The notes beneath the pieces were generated by a model. It was not told the origin of the DNA. It made no database searches and saw only the letters and a program-made list of their open reading frames with translations. A stretch of DNA of 64,000 nucleotides from Auanema rhodensis. Lineage: Eukaryota > Animalia > Nematoda. Numbering within the stretch: position 1 is the stretch's first letter; the number at the start of each line of letters is the position of its first letter. Position numbers and translations under genes: made by a program. This document shows positions 10,490 to 24,160 of the stretch, piece by piece. The stretch is from positions 16,802,001 to 16,866,000 of the forward strand of contig OZ059896.1 of the NCBI GenBank assembly GCA_964057225.1, written 5' to 3'.

Positions 10490-13400
10490 TGATGCGCCTT
10501 CTATACTATATATTATATGGAACTTAAAAAATTATAAAACAATTTTTGTATGAATATGTAGAACTAGAAACAGACAGAAGCTGAAAAAAAGTAAAAATTA
10601 GATAAAGGTTGAGGAGCAATATAGTAGCTACATAAGGGGAAAGAAAAGAATAAGCAATGATATGAGATGCGAATTTGATAATGGATGAACTGAGAAAGCC
10701 TCAAGCAGTCTCATCACACTTCTCCTCCCCTTTTCATCTCACCATAGTCATCTCTCCTGCTCCGCCTCTTCCCTGTTTGAAGTTGGAGTGATAAGATGAT
10801 CGAAGGAGTGAAAAGTTTGAAGAAGATGATGACCACAAATGAAGATTTCAATTGAAATCGAACGTATTTCCGAAATGAAGTGAAATTTCAAGATGAAATT
10901 GAACGGAGACTCTACGTCAGGTCAGAAGCGGATAGCACAAACGATACTTTGGATGACCACTCGAAAACAGTTACGATAGAGCAGCGTGATCAAAAGCTAT
11001 CAAATGACACTTAAAGAAGTGAATTACGTCTGTGAAGAAGATATTATCACGCTTGCAAAATAGTTTTTCGAAATCTCAAACTTGAATTTTTTTTTTTTGA
11101 TTTGTCAATAGGGATAGTAGTATTAGTCTGACTTTTTTATTAATTGAGCTGAAAATTCAAAATCTGTTTCCTGATATTATGATGAAGCAATGTATCTGAA
11201 AATGTAAATGTGCAGTTGTTCGAAAAAGAAAGTAAAAACGTTTAATTTAAACTTTTATTAAAGAATTTGAAAAAAAAATAATTTATTAAATATAAAAACT
11301 TTTATTCATTTTTAAGAGTATTCGAAACAGAAGAGAGAAAAAAAGAAGGAAAATAGCACGAAATTGAGCAGACGATTTGGACATACTCATAACTTTATTG
11401 ACATAGAAAACATAGTGTTGAGACGAAAAAAGTAAATTTTTAACCATTTTGAGACTTAGGATGATGCGTATAACGGATAACCACTCGACATTTTCAGCTT
11501 CATATGAGGTTCTCTTTCAATCTCCGTAGAGTTTACATGGTATTGACACAAAGCATGCACTGTGAATTAAGGTTGAAGACTATAGATAATTGTGAAAGCG
11601 TGATGAATGAGGATAAACAAAGAAATTGAAACATGAGCAGTTTCATACAGAAACATAGCACAACAATTCCTTGGATAATACAAACATCTAAATAATAAAA
11701 GAAGAAAAGCTTAGTATTGGACATACTAGAAAGGATCTGTATCCTTTCATGTAAAGAGAGTTTTAAAAGATTCAAAAAGCTCGAAATATATTTACAAGAT
11801 TCAGAATTAGATGATGAAGCATGCAAGACACAATATGTATAATGTATCTTGATCTTAACTATACATACATGTTTGTACAATTATAAATAAAAATATCTTT
11901 CATGTTGAAATGTAATTCACAGTGAGCTAAAATCTTATCGTGACTGTTACTGTGTTCAAAACAGCAACCGTGGATGGGACAATGCTCTGGGAGCGCACTA
12001 ACTACAGACATGTTCTCTTCAACCCTACTTCCGTTCGTAAAATTGAAGGTCAAGCAAAACAACATGAGTCAGCTCTCTCTATTTCTTTTACTATTATTCC
12101 GAAAAAGTGCTTGCATTCATACTTCTTCTCTCATCATGTTCAATATATTTTCTCTTTAGTGGTCATTTACACAGCAAAATCCAAAAATTCAAAGTGCGAT
12201 TGAGCGTGCAAGTTAGGCGGTTAAGTATTTAGTTTGAGCAATAACGGATAACGCAACACGATGCGCCAGAAGAAGAAGAACATGAAGAGGCCAGGTTGAA
12301 GAAGGCGAGGTGAGACTGTATATAAACAGCAAACATATATCATGCACAGGCATGCTTTTCGTATTATCCAATATCAAACATCACATCATACCAAATAATC
12401 GTGAACATCGACTAAAGCCGGACACTTGTTAACTTGAAGATGACAGTTAATGCTGAGAAGATGATGATAAAGACTGCTAATACGGAAATTCATACACAAA
12501 TACATGAATACGTATAACTTGCCGAATATTCTCAATACAGTAATCAATTTTTGAACAAATGTATAAAAATACTCAATAATAGATGTTGAAAGAATTACAG
12601 TACAATGACCAATACGCAGTTGAGTTGTATTTTAAAAAAAATTTAAAATACACAAAAAGAAGAAAAAAATTAATAATAATCATAATTGTATCACTGTTAA
12701 TCTTTTAAATTTTCTACATATATAAATAATTTATTAGACAAATATTAATCCAACAACACCTTTGTCTATAGATTGATATGTTCTGGTCACTCATGTAATA
12801 CTAATAAGCATAGTCTTATCAGTATTTTTAAAGAGTTTCATTTTATTTGGCTAAGCGCTGTAAAGCGGTTGATTTCATAAATTAATTTAAAAAACTATTA
12901 TTTCATCTTTGAATACGTTATGAATATGAATATATACATCTATAGTATTCCCTGTTTTCTTCAAAAACACCCTTCTGTCTGATATATTTCTTACAATTTA
13001 TATTTTTCTTTCTTATTTCTTTTAAAAACTGATAGAAATATATTTATTAGGTATAGCCCCTCGGACATTGTTCAAACGTCTTCGAGTAGTATGTGAACAA
13101 CAAATTTGTTTTCTGTTTTCAATTCGTTTCTAGCTCATCTGAGCTCATGATCGTTTGCCGATAGTTCATGACTGATACTGATCTTTGTTTCTCAGACATG
13201 AAGAATATTTCACAAATAATTGGCAAATATGAGCTTATTGCAACCGAGTTTTCTCATAGACTTAATGTTTCCATTTATGTCGTTTGTCATGAATTTCAAA
13301 GCTACACGGGTATCAATCAGATTGATTTGAGCCAATTAGTTACTGTTGATAGGCACTAGTGCAAGATTTGAGCCTTAAAATAGAATAGTGATTGCCTATT

Positions 13401-13753
13401 ATTTGGAACTCCTCTTTAAGCCGTATTCCCCCCAATATATTGCTCTAATGAGAGCTATTTTACTATTTATAAATAGCATAAATCATCCTATAGCTATATA
13501 AAACGATTTTTAAAATTCTTTGCACATTACTCGGCAAAACTCTGGCGCTACTGGTAGTAGCCTTGAGCCGAGCATGTTCTTTTCTCCTTCTCCTATTCAG
13601 AACAATTAGATATCCTTTCCATTATCAATATCAACCCTTCATCAGTACCACAGTCATTATTACTTTTTTCTATTCCCTTCTATAACCAGTATCATCTAGT
13701 GTTCTATTTCGTTTCTATAAATATATGTTTTTGTCTTTAAAAATGCAAGAAAA

Positions 13754-13791
<38 letters not shown>

Positions 13792-15137
13792 TATAATATC
13801 TATCAGGTATACAAAAAGATTATTATACTATATATAATAATAATAATTATTATTATTATAAATCATCATATTTCTATTAATATAATTTATTATAAAACAT
13901 ATAGTATATATGTTTAGTATAAACTATTAACTAAAAAACTCAAAAGATCTGTTACAATTTAATACAAACATCATGTATAGTTTAATATAATTATATTTCT
14001 TTAATATATAATACATGTTATTTATAGCTTGTCTATACTATTTATATTCTATATGCTTTTTACTATTGCTTCATCACAAAATATTAATTGATGAAAATGA
14101 CAAAGAGAGTTGAAACGTACAAGAGTGAAAGGTAATTGAAGAGAGAAACATATTTTAAAGTTGTTTAAATCATTTCAACATACTTATACTATAAGTTTTT
14201 TTTTATTTAAATATAGTAATGAATACTAAAACAATGACTACTACACTAACTTTTCTCTTACCGTCTCTCGTACAGGTTTCAGATGAATCACGTTGTTCTC
14301 TTTCACTAGCATCGTTTGTCTCTTCTGCAATATGTATACCATAGCTTACACATACATACACACACCCTTTCTCATCAGCCATATAAATTAACTTATTAAT
14401 ACGGGCAAGCTATCATTATTTATAATTTCGTCTGTTAAGTTACTTTTTCTCATTTTTTTTACCATCTCACTTCAACAAATAAATCTTTCTTCTCTTCAAA
14501 TGTGTGGGCTCAACACTTGTTACTGCGTACTTTTTGTTATCTGAATTAACCATGAATGCTTTCTATTTTTTTTTTTGAAAATATGATTTCATGTTCTTTT
14601 CTATAAAACTCAAAAAATCCTCTCATTCGGCCAATACTGTGTTCAAGCTATTCGATAATCTAATTAATACTTTATCCTAGTCAATATAATGGTCTAAGAT
14701 ATAGATTCCAGCATATGTATATAGAATATAAATTATATATAGATATGTATATGCTCATTCGTTCTAATCATTACTGAATGACCTAACAAGAACAAAAAAC
14801 TTGTTTTTTTTTCAGCTTAATTATTTATAGCTTCAACATCTATTTGTTTGATTTCTTGGACAAACTTATGTATTACTTCATGCATCTCTAGTCAGTGGTC
14901 ATTGTATCCCAATAATGACGTACTAAGATAAGAAGATCATTACAAGATGATGAACGAACATTATCAATAACCGCAGTCATCGTTTGCAAAAAATTTTTCT
15001 CGAAGACTTTGTGATCTCTATCTTACTTGAAATAGAAAAATGATTCAAAGAGACAATACTTTCATACCAATCTAATGTTTACCGTTTATTCATATCTTTC
15101 TCCCTCTTTCTTTCTTTTTCTCTTTTCATGAGATACA

Positions 15138-15162
15138 TGATGATGATGATGATGATGATGAT
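15138..15162. repeat. (ATG)n trinucleotide microsatellite
   Basis: About eight consecutive ATG/GAT units. Confidence 0.85.
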
Positions 15163-16856
15163 GGGTGTTATTGAAGTAAATAGACAAAAAAAACCTTTCT
15201 TCACCTACTCCACTCTATCTATCCTACCTTTTTATCTGAGAAAGAAAAGAACAATTTATTTTTTTTAATATTTGCTCTCTAATAACATCCGGTAATCAAT
15301 TTGAAAAAAAAAACATTTTTTTAGTGTTCAGCCAAGATCTCTCATCTTACTTATTCACAGTTATTTCCCTAACATTACAGTAAGTTAGTCTCAAAATTCG
15401 TTATTGGAATTTAAGAAAGGACATTAGTTCGCTCAGTAACATCTTATAGAAACTTAATACATTTGGAAGTAAAACAGTAATTTGTGTAATTTAGAAATCC
15501 GTCAAACACCGACTGTTATAGTTGTTGTATATATTGTTGCAAAAATTTATTTTTATTTTAAAAACAAATTCAAGTTGAGAAGGATTACCTACAAAAACTT
15601 AACTATATAAAAATATCTTTTCACAAGAAACTTATGAGAAAACATTAATTTTTGAACTTATAACAATATCAAAGAGTATTTTCGGAAGGTTGTCATCAAC
15701 ATAAGCGCCTAACCTATTGAGACGATAATACGAACTTATGCGTCATGGCGTCACTGAAACATCACCGGAAATTGAAAACAAACAAAAAAGCCTTATTAAT
15801 TAGTACGAACGTTAAATAAAAGATAGAGAGAGAAAAAGAGAATGAAAGTTAATGATTATATGATATAATATATTTATTATCCTATAGTCTTTAAGATCCG
15901 TATTTGTTATTGCCCTTAACTATAATTCGTTCAATCTTCAACGTATAAAAAGAAGATCGGTTTTGTCAGATCTGGAAGATAACTAGTTGTCAGATTTATA
16001 GTTGAATAAGCAGTTATAGAAAATAAATGCTCCTATCTTTCTACATCCCTCTTCCCACTCCTCTCTTTCTCTCTCTTCTTAATATCTTAGATTTTATTCT
16101 TCATACAGAACAGACTAACAGTGCTGGACTTTTTAATTTTTATTATCTTAAAATTCTTTTCAACATAGTATTTCACATCGTAATCTCCTGTAATCACGTT
16201 TTGTTTTCCATCATTTTCTTCTTATTCTTCATGTTAAATTCATATGCCTTCTTCTTTATCTTTTTCAACTTTCTGGTCCATATTCACATATTTCAACCGA
16301 GTACTTATAAAAGAACTATTCGTGATCTGTTCATGAACAGCGTTGAACATTCCGAATTTGGCAAAGATCCAATTCTTTATGCTGGACAGAAAATGTGATC
16401 CATTTTTCATGAAATAGTGATATCATACAAATCACTGTTTTCTTTAAATATTGTGGTCTCTCTTAGTTCCTTCGGAATAACGCCGATTTGATTGCCAAAC
16501 ATCACCTGTTATCCCCCACTGTCTATTCGTTTACGATGCCTTCTGTATTTTCTACCCCTATGTACTAGCTCCACCTACCTTGACGTAATAAGACTTCGGT
16601 TCATTTGTTCTCAAATCGTTCTTAAGAAGCAAAAACTTCACCATATCATCTATTGTCAGTTCAACTAACGTTGTTAGATGTTTGTCAGAATTCTATTATC
16701 TTGATTTTTTTTGTCGCGTTTTTCAACTATTTGTTATAACTAATTATGTATACTTTTAGTCAACGTATTTAGCAATACCTAAAGGAATTCAAACACGCAT
16801 ATTCTTAATCACTTCATTCTCTTGTTGAAACTTTATCATCAAAATAGTCACTGACA

Positions 16857-19545
16857 ATGTTAGAAGTCTTTACTCACGGATTCACTTTTCTCAATGTTTT
16901 ATCCACAATAGCCTTTTTCACTACCGTAGGATTATTTTTCTGTGGAATGTAAGTTTCTGTTTCTGCAAAGTCAATATAAAAAAAAATTCTCTTTCCGTAC
17001 AAACAACAGCTTATTACAGACCTATTTGTCGTCAAATTTGGAAGCGCAAAGATACAGATGAAATTTCTGGAGCACCATTTCTTATGGGAATATTGGGGTA
17101 AGTAATAAAACATGTTTACAATAGAAAATTAAAGCTAATTTATGTTATAAATATATATATATATATATATATATAATTTTAGTGGATGTTGTTGGATGAC
17201 ATATGGTTATCTTAAAAATGATAATACAGTACTTGTAGTAACAGGATGTCAAGTAGTACTCTATTCCACATACACATTGTTTTATTGGTTTATGACAAAG
17301 AAGAAGGTGAATAATATAAAATTATAATATATAAATATATAGGTTTCTTAGAAAAAAATTTAGTTGTAGTTGAAAGTCATATGTCTTTCATATATCATAT
17401 GTATACGAGAAAATGACATGAAAGGTTAAATGTACTTGAGTTGCAGCTTTGGATCACTATCAAGATTCTAGCTGTTGTTTCCATGTGTACTGGTCTCATG
17501 GCTTCTGTTCATTTTTTCGGAATGAAGGTGCTTATCATATTAAGACAGAAATAGTGCAAACCCAAATGAATTTAAGGTTTTTCATCCACTAGGAATCATT
17601 TGCATGACATTGAACACTGCCGATTTTGCTGCCCCTCTTGGAGGACTGGTGAGTAAAAACATGAAAATGAAGACACATGTTAAGATATATTCTTTAAAAA
17701 AATGTATAATTTGCTTCAATGAAAATATCAAACTTTTGTGAATTCTCTAACTCCTCTGAAATAAAAATATTACAGCGAACAGTAATTCGTCGTGGAGCTA
17801 CATCAACACTCCCACTTCCATTATGCATTGCCAATTTCTTCGTTTCCACTGAATGGTTCCTCTATGGTCTTCTCAAGCGAGATTTCTATCTTATTGTAAT
17901 AATTGTGTCTGAGTACAATATTTTATCAGTTATATTTCAGACACCAAATGGAATCGGCTCAATGCTTGCCTTCTTACAGTTACTTCTCTTCCTCGTTCTT
18001 CCACGAAAGCCAGGACAGCTCTCACCTATAATCAGAATTTACCGTAAAGTGAGATGCCAAGAAAAGCTGGATGAAATTGAAGATCCAACTGAAGGTAAAT
18101 ACAGTAGTGAAAACATATCATGACGGGCTAGAAGGGATTGTTTGTCAATATATTCACAGCATTCAGTTTTTTTATAACTGGTTTTCGATTCATTTTCCTG
18201 CGTCTGCCTTTTGTTTTCGCCATGAAATTGAAAACTGATATGGTTCATAGGAAAATCAGAAACCACTATAACGCTGAAGTTTTTGAACTTGATAAGAGAA
18301 CGATAGACAAATGTGTTGACCATTGTGGAAGACCCTCTTTCTACCCTATCCCTTCGCGCTTTCCCACGTGAACACATAGTGTACCCCAAAATGTTCACGT
18401 GAAAGTATCTTCATTTTGTTCGCTAAGTTGTGAGCGGTTGCATTCTAACAGAAAACTCACCGTATTTTTTCTATTTTAAGTTTCGAAACATTTAAAGCAA
18501 CTTAAAATGATAGGGATTACTCAGCAATAATAATGAGCAGATTCGTAAAGATAGATGGACATTTCATTTATTAATTAGTAATAACTAGAAAATTAAATTT
18601 AATATTTACGAGCAAGAAATAAGATTAAAAGTTCATTACAACTTGTAAAGTTCATTTACACTAAGATGTAGAGTAAACTCCATTTTATTATTATTTAATT
18701 TCAGAAATCGTTCCTGAGCTTGGACCTGATGACGACAAAAAGCCATGCAGAGCTAAGAGATGGTCTAAGAAAGTCATGACAAATGTATCAACTGTGGCTG
18801 AAGAGATAGAGCATGTCATTCACATGGTTGGACACGACCAGTTAGTTTCTTTTATTATTTTCATAAATAAGACACATTGCACACCCACATATCATCTATA
18901 TAATATTTTAACGTATCGATGTAAGTAAAATACATCCAAATATCAACACATCCAAAACAAAAAGTAAAAAGAGAGAGCAGGTTCAAATTGTTTATTTCTC
19001 ACAACACATGAAATGTTTCATTTATATTATTATTATTTTATTATCGTTTTCTATGCCTCATTCAAACTCGATTTCTCTCTTTTTCTCTTTTTCTCTCTTT
19101 ATCTCCCTCTTACTACTGCTCTCTCACTTACTTCCGAAAGCCAGGAAAAATAAACAAGATGACTATCATTGATGTTAACAGGGAACTAAGAATAACAAAT
19201 AAAATACCATTCACTGTGGTCTATTAAAAATCAAATACTTGATATCTACAAATAATCTTTGAGATATTTTTTTATCTTATTCATGAAATATGTTATAGAT
19301 TTGGTTATACGCACAAGATTAGTAATGAATATGATACTGCCTCGGAAAAGACGATGGACACATTAGATGCTGCTGAAGATAAGGAGAAACCAAACATTTT
19401 GGAAACAGCATTCCGTCCAGAAATTACTGAATTGAATCCCGATAGCTTACGACGATTAGGTTACTCCTTAAGAGTTACTGAACAACAGAAGGCTAAACTC
19501 AAGAGAATAGCCAGCTCACCTGATCTTTCTGCGCCAAGTGTATAA
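16857..19545 (+). CDS. swt-3: SWEET/MtN3 sugar transporter, swt-3 ortholog
   Basis: Spliced: MLEVFTHGFTFLNVLSTIAFFTTVGLFFCG..ICRQIWKRKDTDEISGAPFLMG..FAAPLGGL RTVIRRGATSTLPLPLCIANFFVSTEWFLYGLLKRDFYLI TPNGIGSMLAFLQLLLF..; long C-tail ending RIASSPDLSAPSV*, matching my recollection of C. elegans SWT-3. Confidence 0.92.
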
Positions 19546-20157
19546 TACTATTTTGTCCAGAAATTAAGTGAAAAGACATGCGGTATATGGATTACCGAAA
19601 TTAATGGAATTTGGAATTCCCCCTCCCCCCACCTGATGCTTTAAATACTCCAGCCATTTTCTTCTCATTCGTGTTGTTCTTGTATTTGTCTTAATTATAA
19701 TTTTTTGTTTTCATATTCCAAATATGTATTCAATGTCATCTTGTTTTGTTCGCAAGATGGACTCATGATCAAGTTGATCAGCTTTAGTTGACATGTCTCA
19801 AATTTTGAGTTCAAATTTAAGTTCAATATTTGGAATTGAATACACAGTGGAAAGTTTCTTTTTACAATAAAATGTTGCTGGAAATAAACTGAAAGCTTTC
19901 ATTATTCTCTTTGCTTAATTGAAACTTAAACGATAGGATTTATAATTCATGAAGTCAAAATTAATTTTTGATTTAATACATTGGATATATTTGTCAGTTA
20001 TGACTATCTGAATTTCGATAACTCGCCATTGTACGAATACGAACATTTTAAAAAATTTATTAAATTAAAAAATGGAAAAATTCTAATACTGTTGTTTTAT
20101 CACAAACCTATCACATTACGGAAACAACGCAGAAAAATATTAATATTAAAAATTGAA

Positions 20158-22096
20158 TTATGCCAGATAAGCGTTGCTTGTTACTCGCCCTCCTTTTCCG
20201 GTCCAGTTTGTGTGCACCTTCAAATAATAAAAGTAATATAAGGATTCTATATTAAAATTATGATACCCATTTTCCAGGAGAGGAAAGAAGCTCATAAGTA
20301 TGGGCTCCGAAATAATCACGCTGAGCTTGAAGCAGATTAGCTGGTAAAACCTAAAATAGTTAATTATTGCGGAAATTACGAAAAAAACGAACTTTGTTTC
20401 TGTATCCATCATAGAAACTCAAAGCAGAAGTGAAAGTAGGCACTGGGATTCCCATTACGATAGCCTTAGAAGCTACATTTCTCCAGGCAGTCTGCGCATT
20501 TGTGATAGCGTTTACGAAGAAATCGTCCAAAAGAAGATTGCTGAGTGCTGGGTTTTTAACAAAGGCAGCCTTGATATCTCCGAGGAATCTGGAACACCAA
20601 TAGTTTTGATAAAAATAGAAAAAAATACCGGGATCGGATAATACATCCACCCTTCCACATAAGAGCAATAGCTCCAAAGTTGAGCTTCCAATTGAAGTGC
20701 TTGCTGGCTTCAGCCAAGAGCATAAATCCTTGTGCGTAACTTACAATCTTAGAAGCATACAAAGCCTGAAAATGATAAATTAGTCAACAACAAACATTAG
20801 CAAACACATACTTGGCGGATATCGTTAATGAAGGAAGATTTGTCTCCTATGATTTCAGCGAAATTCGCACTTGGACCGGGTAGAATTTGGGAAGCAGCAC
20901 TGCGTTCTTCCTTGATAGCGGAAAGACAACGAGCAAATACAGCTTCGGCTTTAATTAAAAGTCAAAATAAACAACTTTCTAAATAAATGCTCACCGATAA
21001 GAGTTACTGGAATACCGTACTCCAAAGCGGCGAAAGATGTCCACTTTCCAGTTCCCTTTTGACCAGCAGCATCACGGATTTTTGGAAGGAGTGCTTGTCC
21101 ATCCTCATCTTTGTATTTAAGAATATTGGCCGTAATTTCAACAAGGAAGGAGTCTAATTCACCCTTGTTCCATTCAGTGAAAATCTATTAAAGAAAACTA
21201 ATAATGTTTCTCGAATTATTAATTAACCTCAGCCATATCATCATGAGACAGTTTCAAACCTTCAAGCATGAGATGATAAGCTTCAGCAATCAATTGCATA
21301 TCTCCATATTCAATTCCGTTATGAACCATCTTAACGAAATGACCCGAACCAGCTTCACCAACCTATTATAACAAGCATTATAATCTTTAATATAGCATTC
21401 CATACCCAATCACAGCATGGTTGGCCATCAGCAACAGCGGCGATTGATTGGAAGATATCCTTAAGATGAGGCCAAGCTTCCGGATTTCCTCCAGGCATTA
21501 AAGAAGGGCCGTACCGAGCTCCTGGAAGAAGAAGTAAAGCATGTTAAAATAGAGAAAACACCTACCTTCTTCTCCTCCTGAAACTCCACAACCAACAAAG
21601 AGAATCCCCTTAGCAGCCAATTCCTCAGTTCTTCTCTAAAAAAAACATAATTTATACGATTTTTCCAAACGCATACATTGGTGTCCGTGTATTCAGAGTT
21701 ACCACCGTCAATGACAATATCTCCTGGTTCTAAGAAGGGAACAACAGAGTTGATCATAGCATCAACAGCTGAGCCGGCTTTAACAAGCATCATAACACGT
21801 CTTGGTCTCTTCAATTTTCTACAATTTGACTTTTAAACTTAGAATCAATTGAAAAAGAACTACCTGCACATCTCTTCGATAGAATGAGCTCCAATGATCT
21901 TGGTTCCCTTAGCTTCATTGGCCAAAAAGTCGTCAACTTTGGAAACAGTACGATTGAAAGCACATACCTAAAATTCAAATCTTATAACAAACTAAAGTAT
22001 TACTCCACAAACGGTAAAGCCGTGATCATCCATGTTCAAAATCAAATTTTGGCCCATGACGGCGAGTCCAATAACTGCAATGTCAGCTTCAGCCAT
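20158..22096 (-). CDS. PGD: 6-phosphogluconate dehydrogenase, decarboxylating (C. elegans T25B9.9 ortholog)
   Basis: [22 protein letters not shown].., [86 protein letters not shown]; about 11 short introns. Confidence 0.97.
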
Positions 22097-24160
22097 ATTT
22101 ACGATCTCCTAAAATCATTTTTAGTGAAAACTTATTGGCAAAGCAAAAAAGAACACATCACAAATAATCACGACAAACAATGCAAAGGCGTTCGAGATAA
22201 CAGTTATGTCAACGTTGCCAACTTCAAGAGAAACATAAGCTGACTAAAAATTTAATTTTCTTATTGCGTACAAAACACGGAAACTATTTTTAAAACGTCT
22301 TTGAATTCAATCTTTAACTAAAAGACGCAGTTTCTTGATTAAGAATTCTAATGGTCGTTCTGCCAAGGTGTGGCGTTCAGAACTTCCCAAAATTATTTCG
22401 TATTTTATTTATTCGCAAAAATTCCTAAGTTAATTTTATTTTATCTACACAAATAATCGCACCTATCAAAATTTTTTGGTTACAAGAAAGCTAGCCAGTC
22501 ATTGAATGAAAAAAGTCCATACCTTCAAATAACAAACTATGTAATAACCGAAGGTGAAAGATTTTCAAAAATTATTTCACGGCTGCTACAACAATAGAAC
22601 ACTTACTTTGTAACGTGGATACATTTACAGAAAACAAAATGTTAAAATCATGCACTAACATATGTTTTTGCAAAGTTCCCTAGTTAATGTGCTAATTTGA
22701 AGTTAACTTGATGTAATTAGAATAGAAGTTGTTATTAAGTGAACCACAATAAGGAAAGAAAATTCGTGAACATTAAAGAAAAATAAAATAAATTATGAAG
22801 CGAGCGGGTGAGAGGAAAGCAAAATGATTATGGATCATTGAAAAACTGAAGCCACAAATAGGAGGGACAAAAAGGTTTCTTCGTTGCCTTTCTAATCACA
22901 CCACATATCTGCTGTTCGGTCATGGACTCTCCTGAGCGCGGCCAGGGTCTTTTCTGAGCGGCCATGGTCTTGGTAAAGCGGAGGCGTCTTATCTATGAAC
23001 AATCTACTCCTACGATTTTACAGAAAATTGCAAAATCAGAGTAAGCAGTCTAAATACACAGTAAACATGTTTTATGGCTAATGGCAAATCAGCAAAATCA
23101 ACAGAGGACAATTGTAAACCTTCTTAATGAAGTTAACATTTAAAAAATGTTCAATTATGAGATATGATGACAATTTCTTAATCAATATTCGTAGAATCAA
23201 AGTTAGTCGCAACTGAAGATAACTAGCAATGTTGTAAAATAAGCAGCTTTCACAAACATTAGTATGATCAAATTTCAGCTAAACAATTAAAAAAGTGCGC
23301 GGTTTCTAAAAATATGAACAAGCTTTAACATATAATTTTATATAACTATGCAACTGCCAATCCAATCAATGTAAAAGACAGTAGCAGTTATGAAAACAAC
23401 AAACTAATAACATTATTGGATAACAATCCCTGTGAATTGAAAAATCATAAAAGAAAAACCAGTTCTGAAGAAGTTAAAAACCAAAAAAAGATGTCTACAA
23501 TATGCAGACTTTGCTACGTCGCATTACCCATAGCTGATAATGCTAGTGACTTTTGCAGGAAAGGATTGGTCAGGACCTTGTCTTGATAAAAGATGGAGAA
23601 AGATACATTGCTAAATGGATGATAGAAATTTTTTTCCACAAACTCACAGAATCTGGCAAAGTAAAACGAATAAGAAAAGTCGGTTTTCTATTAAAAACAA
23701 AAAATAACGAGAGTGAAAACAAAAAATAGTGAAAAGTAGCAATAGAATATGGTGACCATGGTGATACAGATCAGAAGTCAGTTTTCATTGTTGACGTTTC
23801 GCACGTCGTTCCGTTCATTTCAACCGCAATTTAGCAGAGCGAGCGGTTGCATTCATCAGACAGATATACGTTCAGCGTATTATCATCGGTAGCTTTGACT
23901 GTATCGGCGGCCTTATGATGGGATCTAAACAAATATCGTCAATTTCCTTGTTTAGATTATAATCTGTCTGGGAAGAAGATGTGTTAAGTATGATAAAAGA
24001 AAAATTGTTCATTGTATGATCAATAGCAAGCAATAAAAGTAAAATTTATAACCTATTTTAGAAACTACATAATATGACACATTCGTTTGATCACTTCTTA
24101 ATATAAATATATTTTAAAGTCAATAAAACATTTCCGAAATAATAAAACCAAAAAAACAAA

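Noticed and set aside
11533-16398. Several 60-120-aa hydrophobic ORFs in the intergenic region
   Set aside because: Low-complexity F/I/L-rich translations typical of AT-rich non-coding DNA, with no consistent splice structure.
22892-23009. GC-rich island as a structured ncRNA (RNase P/MRP-like)
   Set aside because: It lacks the conserved P4 motifs and is better explained as an in-phase alternative terminal exon of the twk gene.
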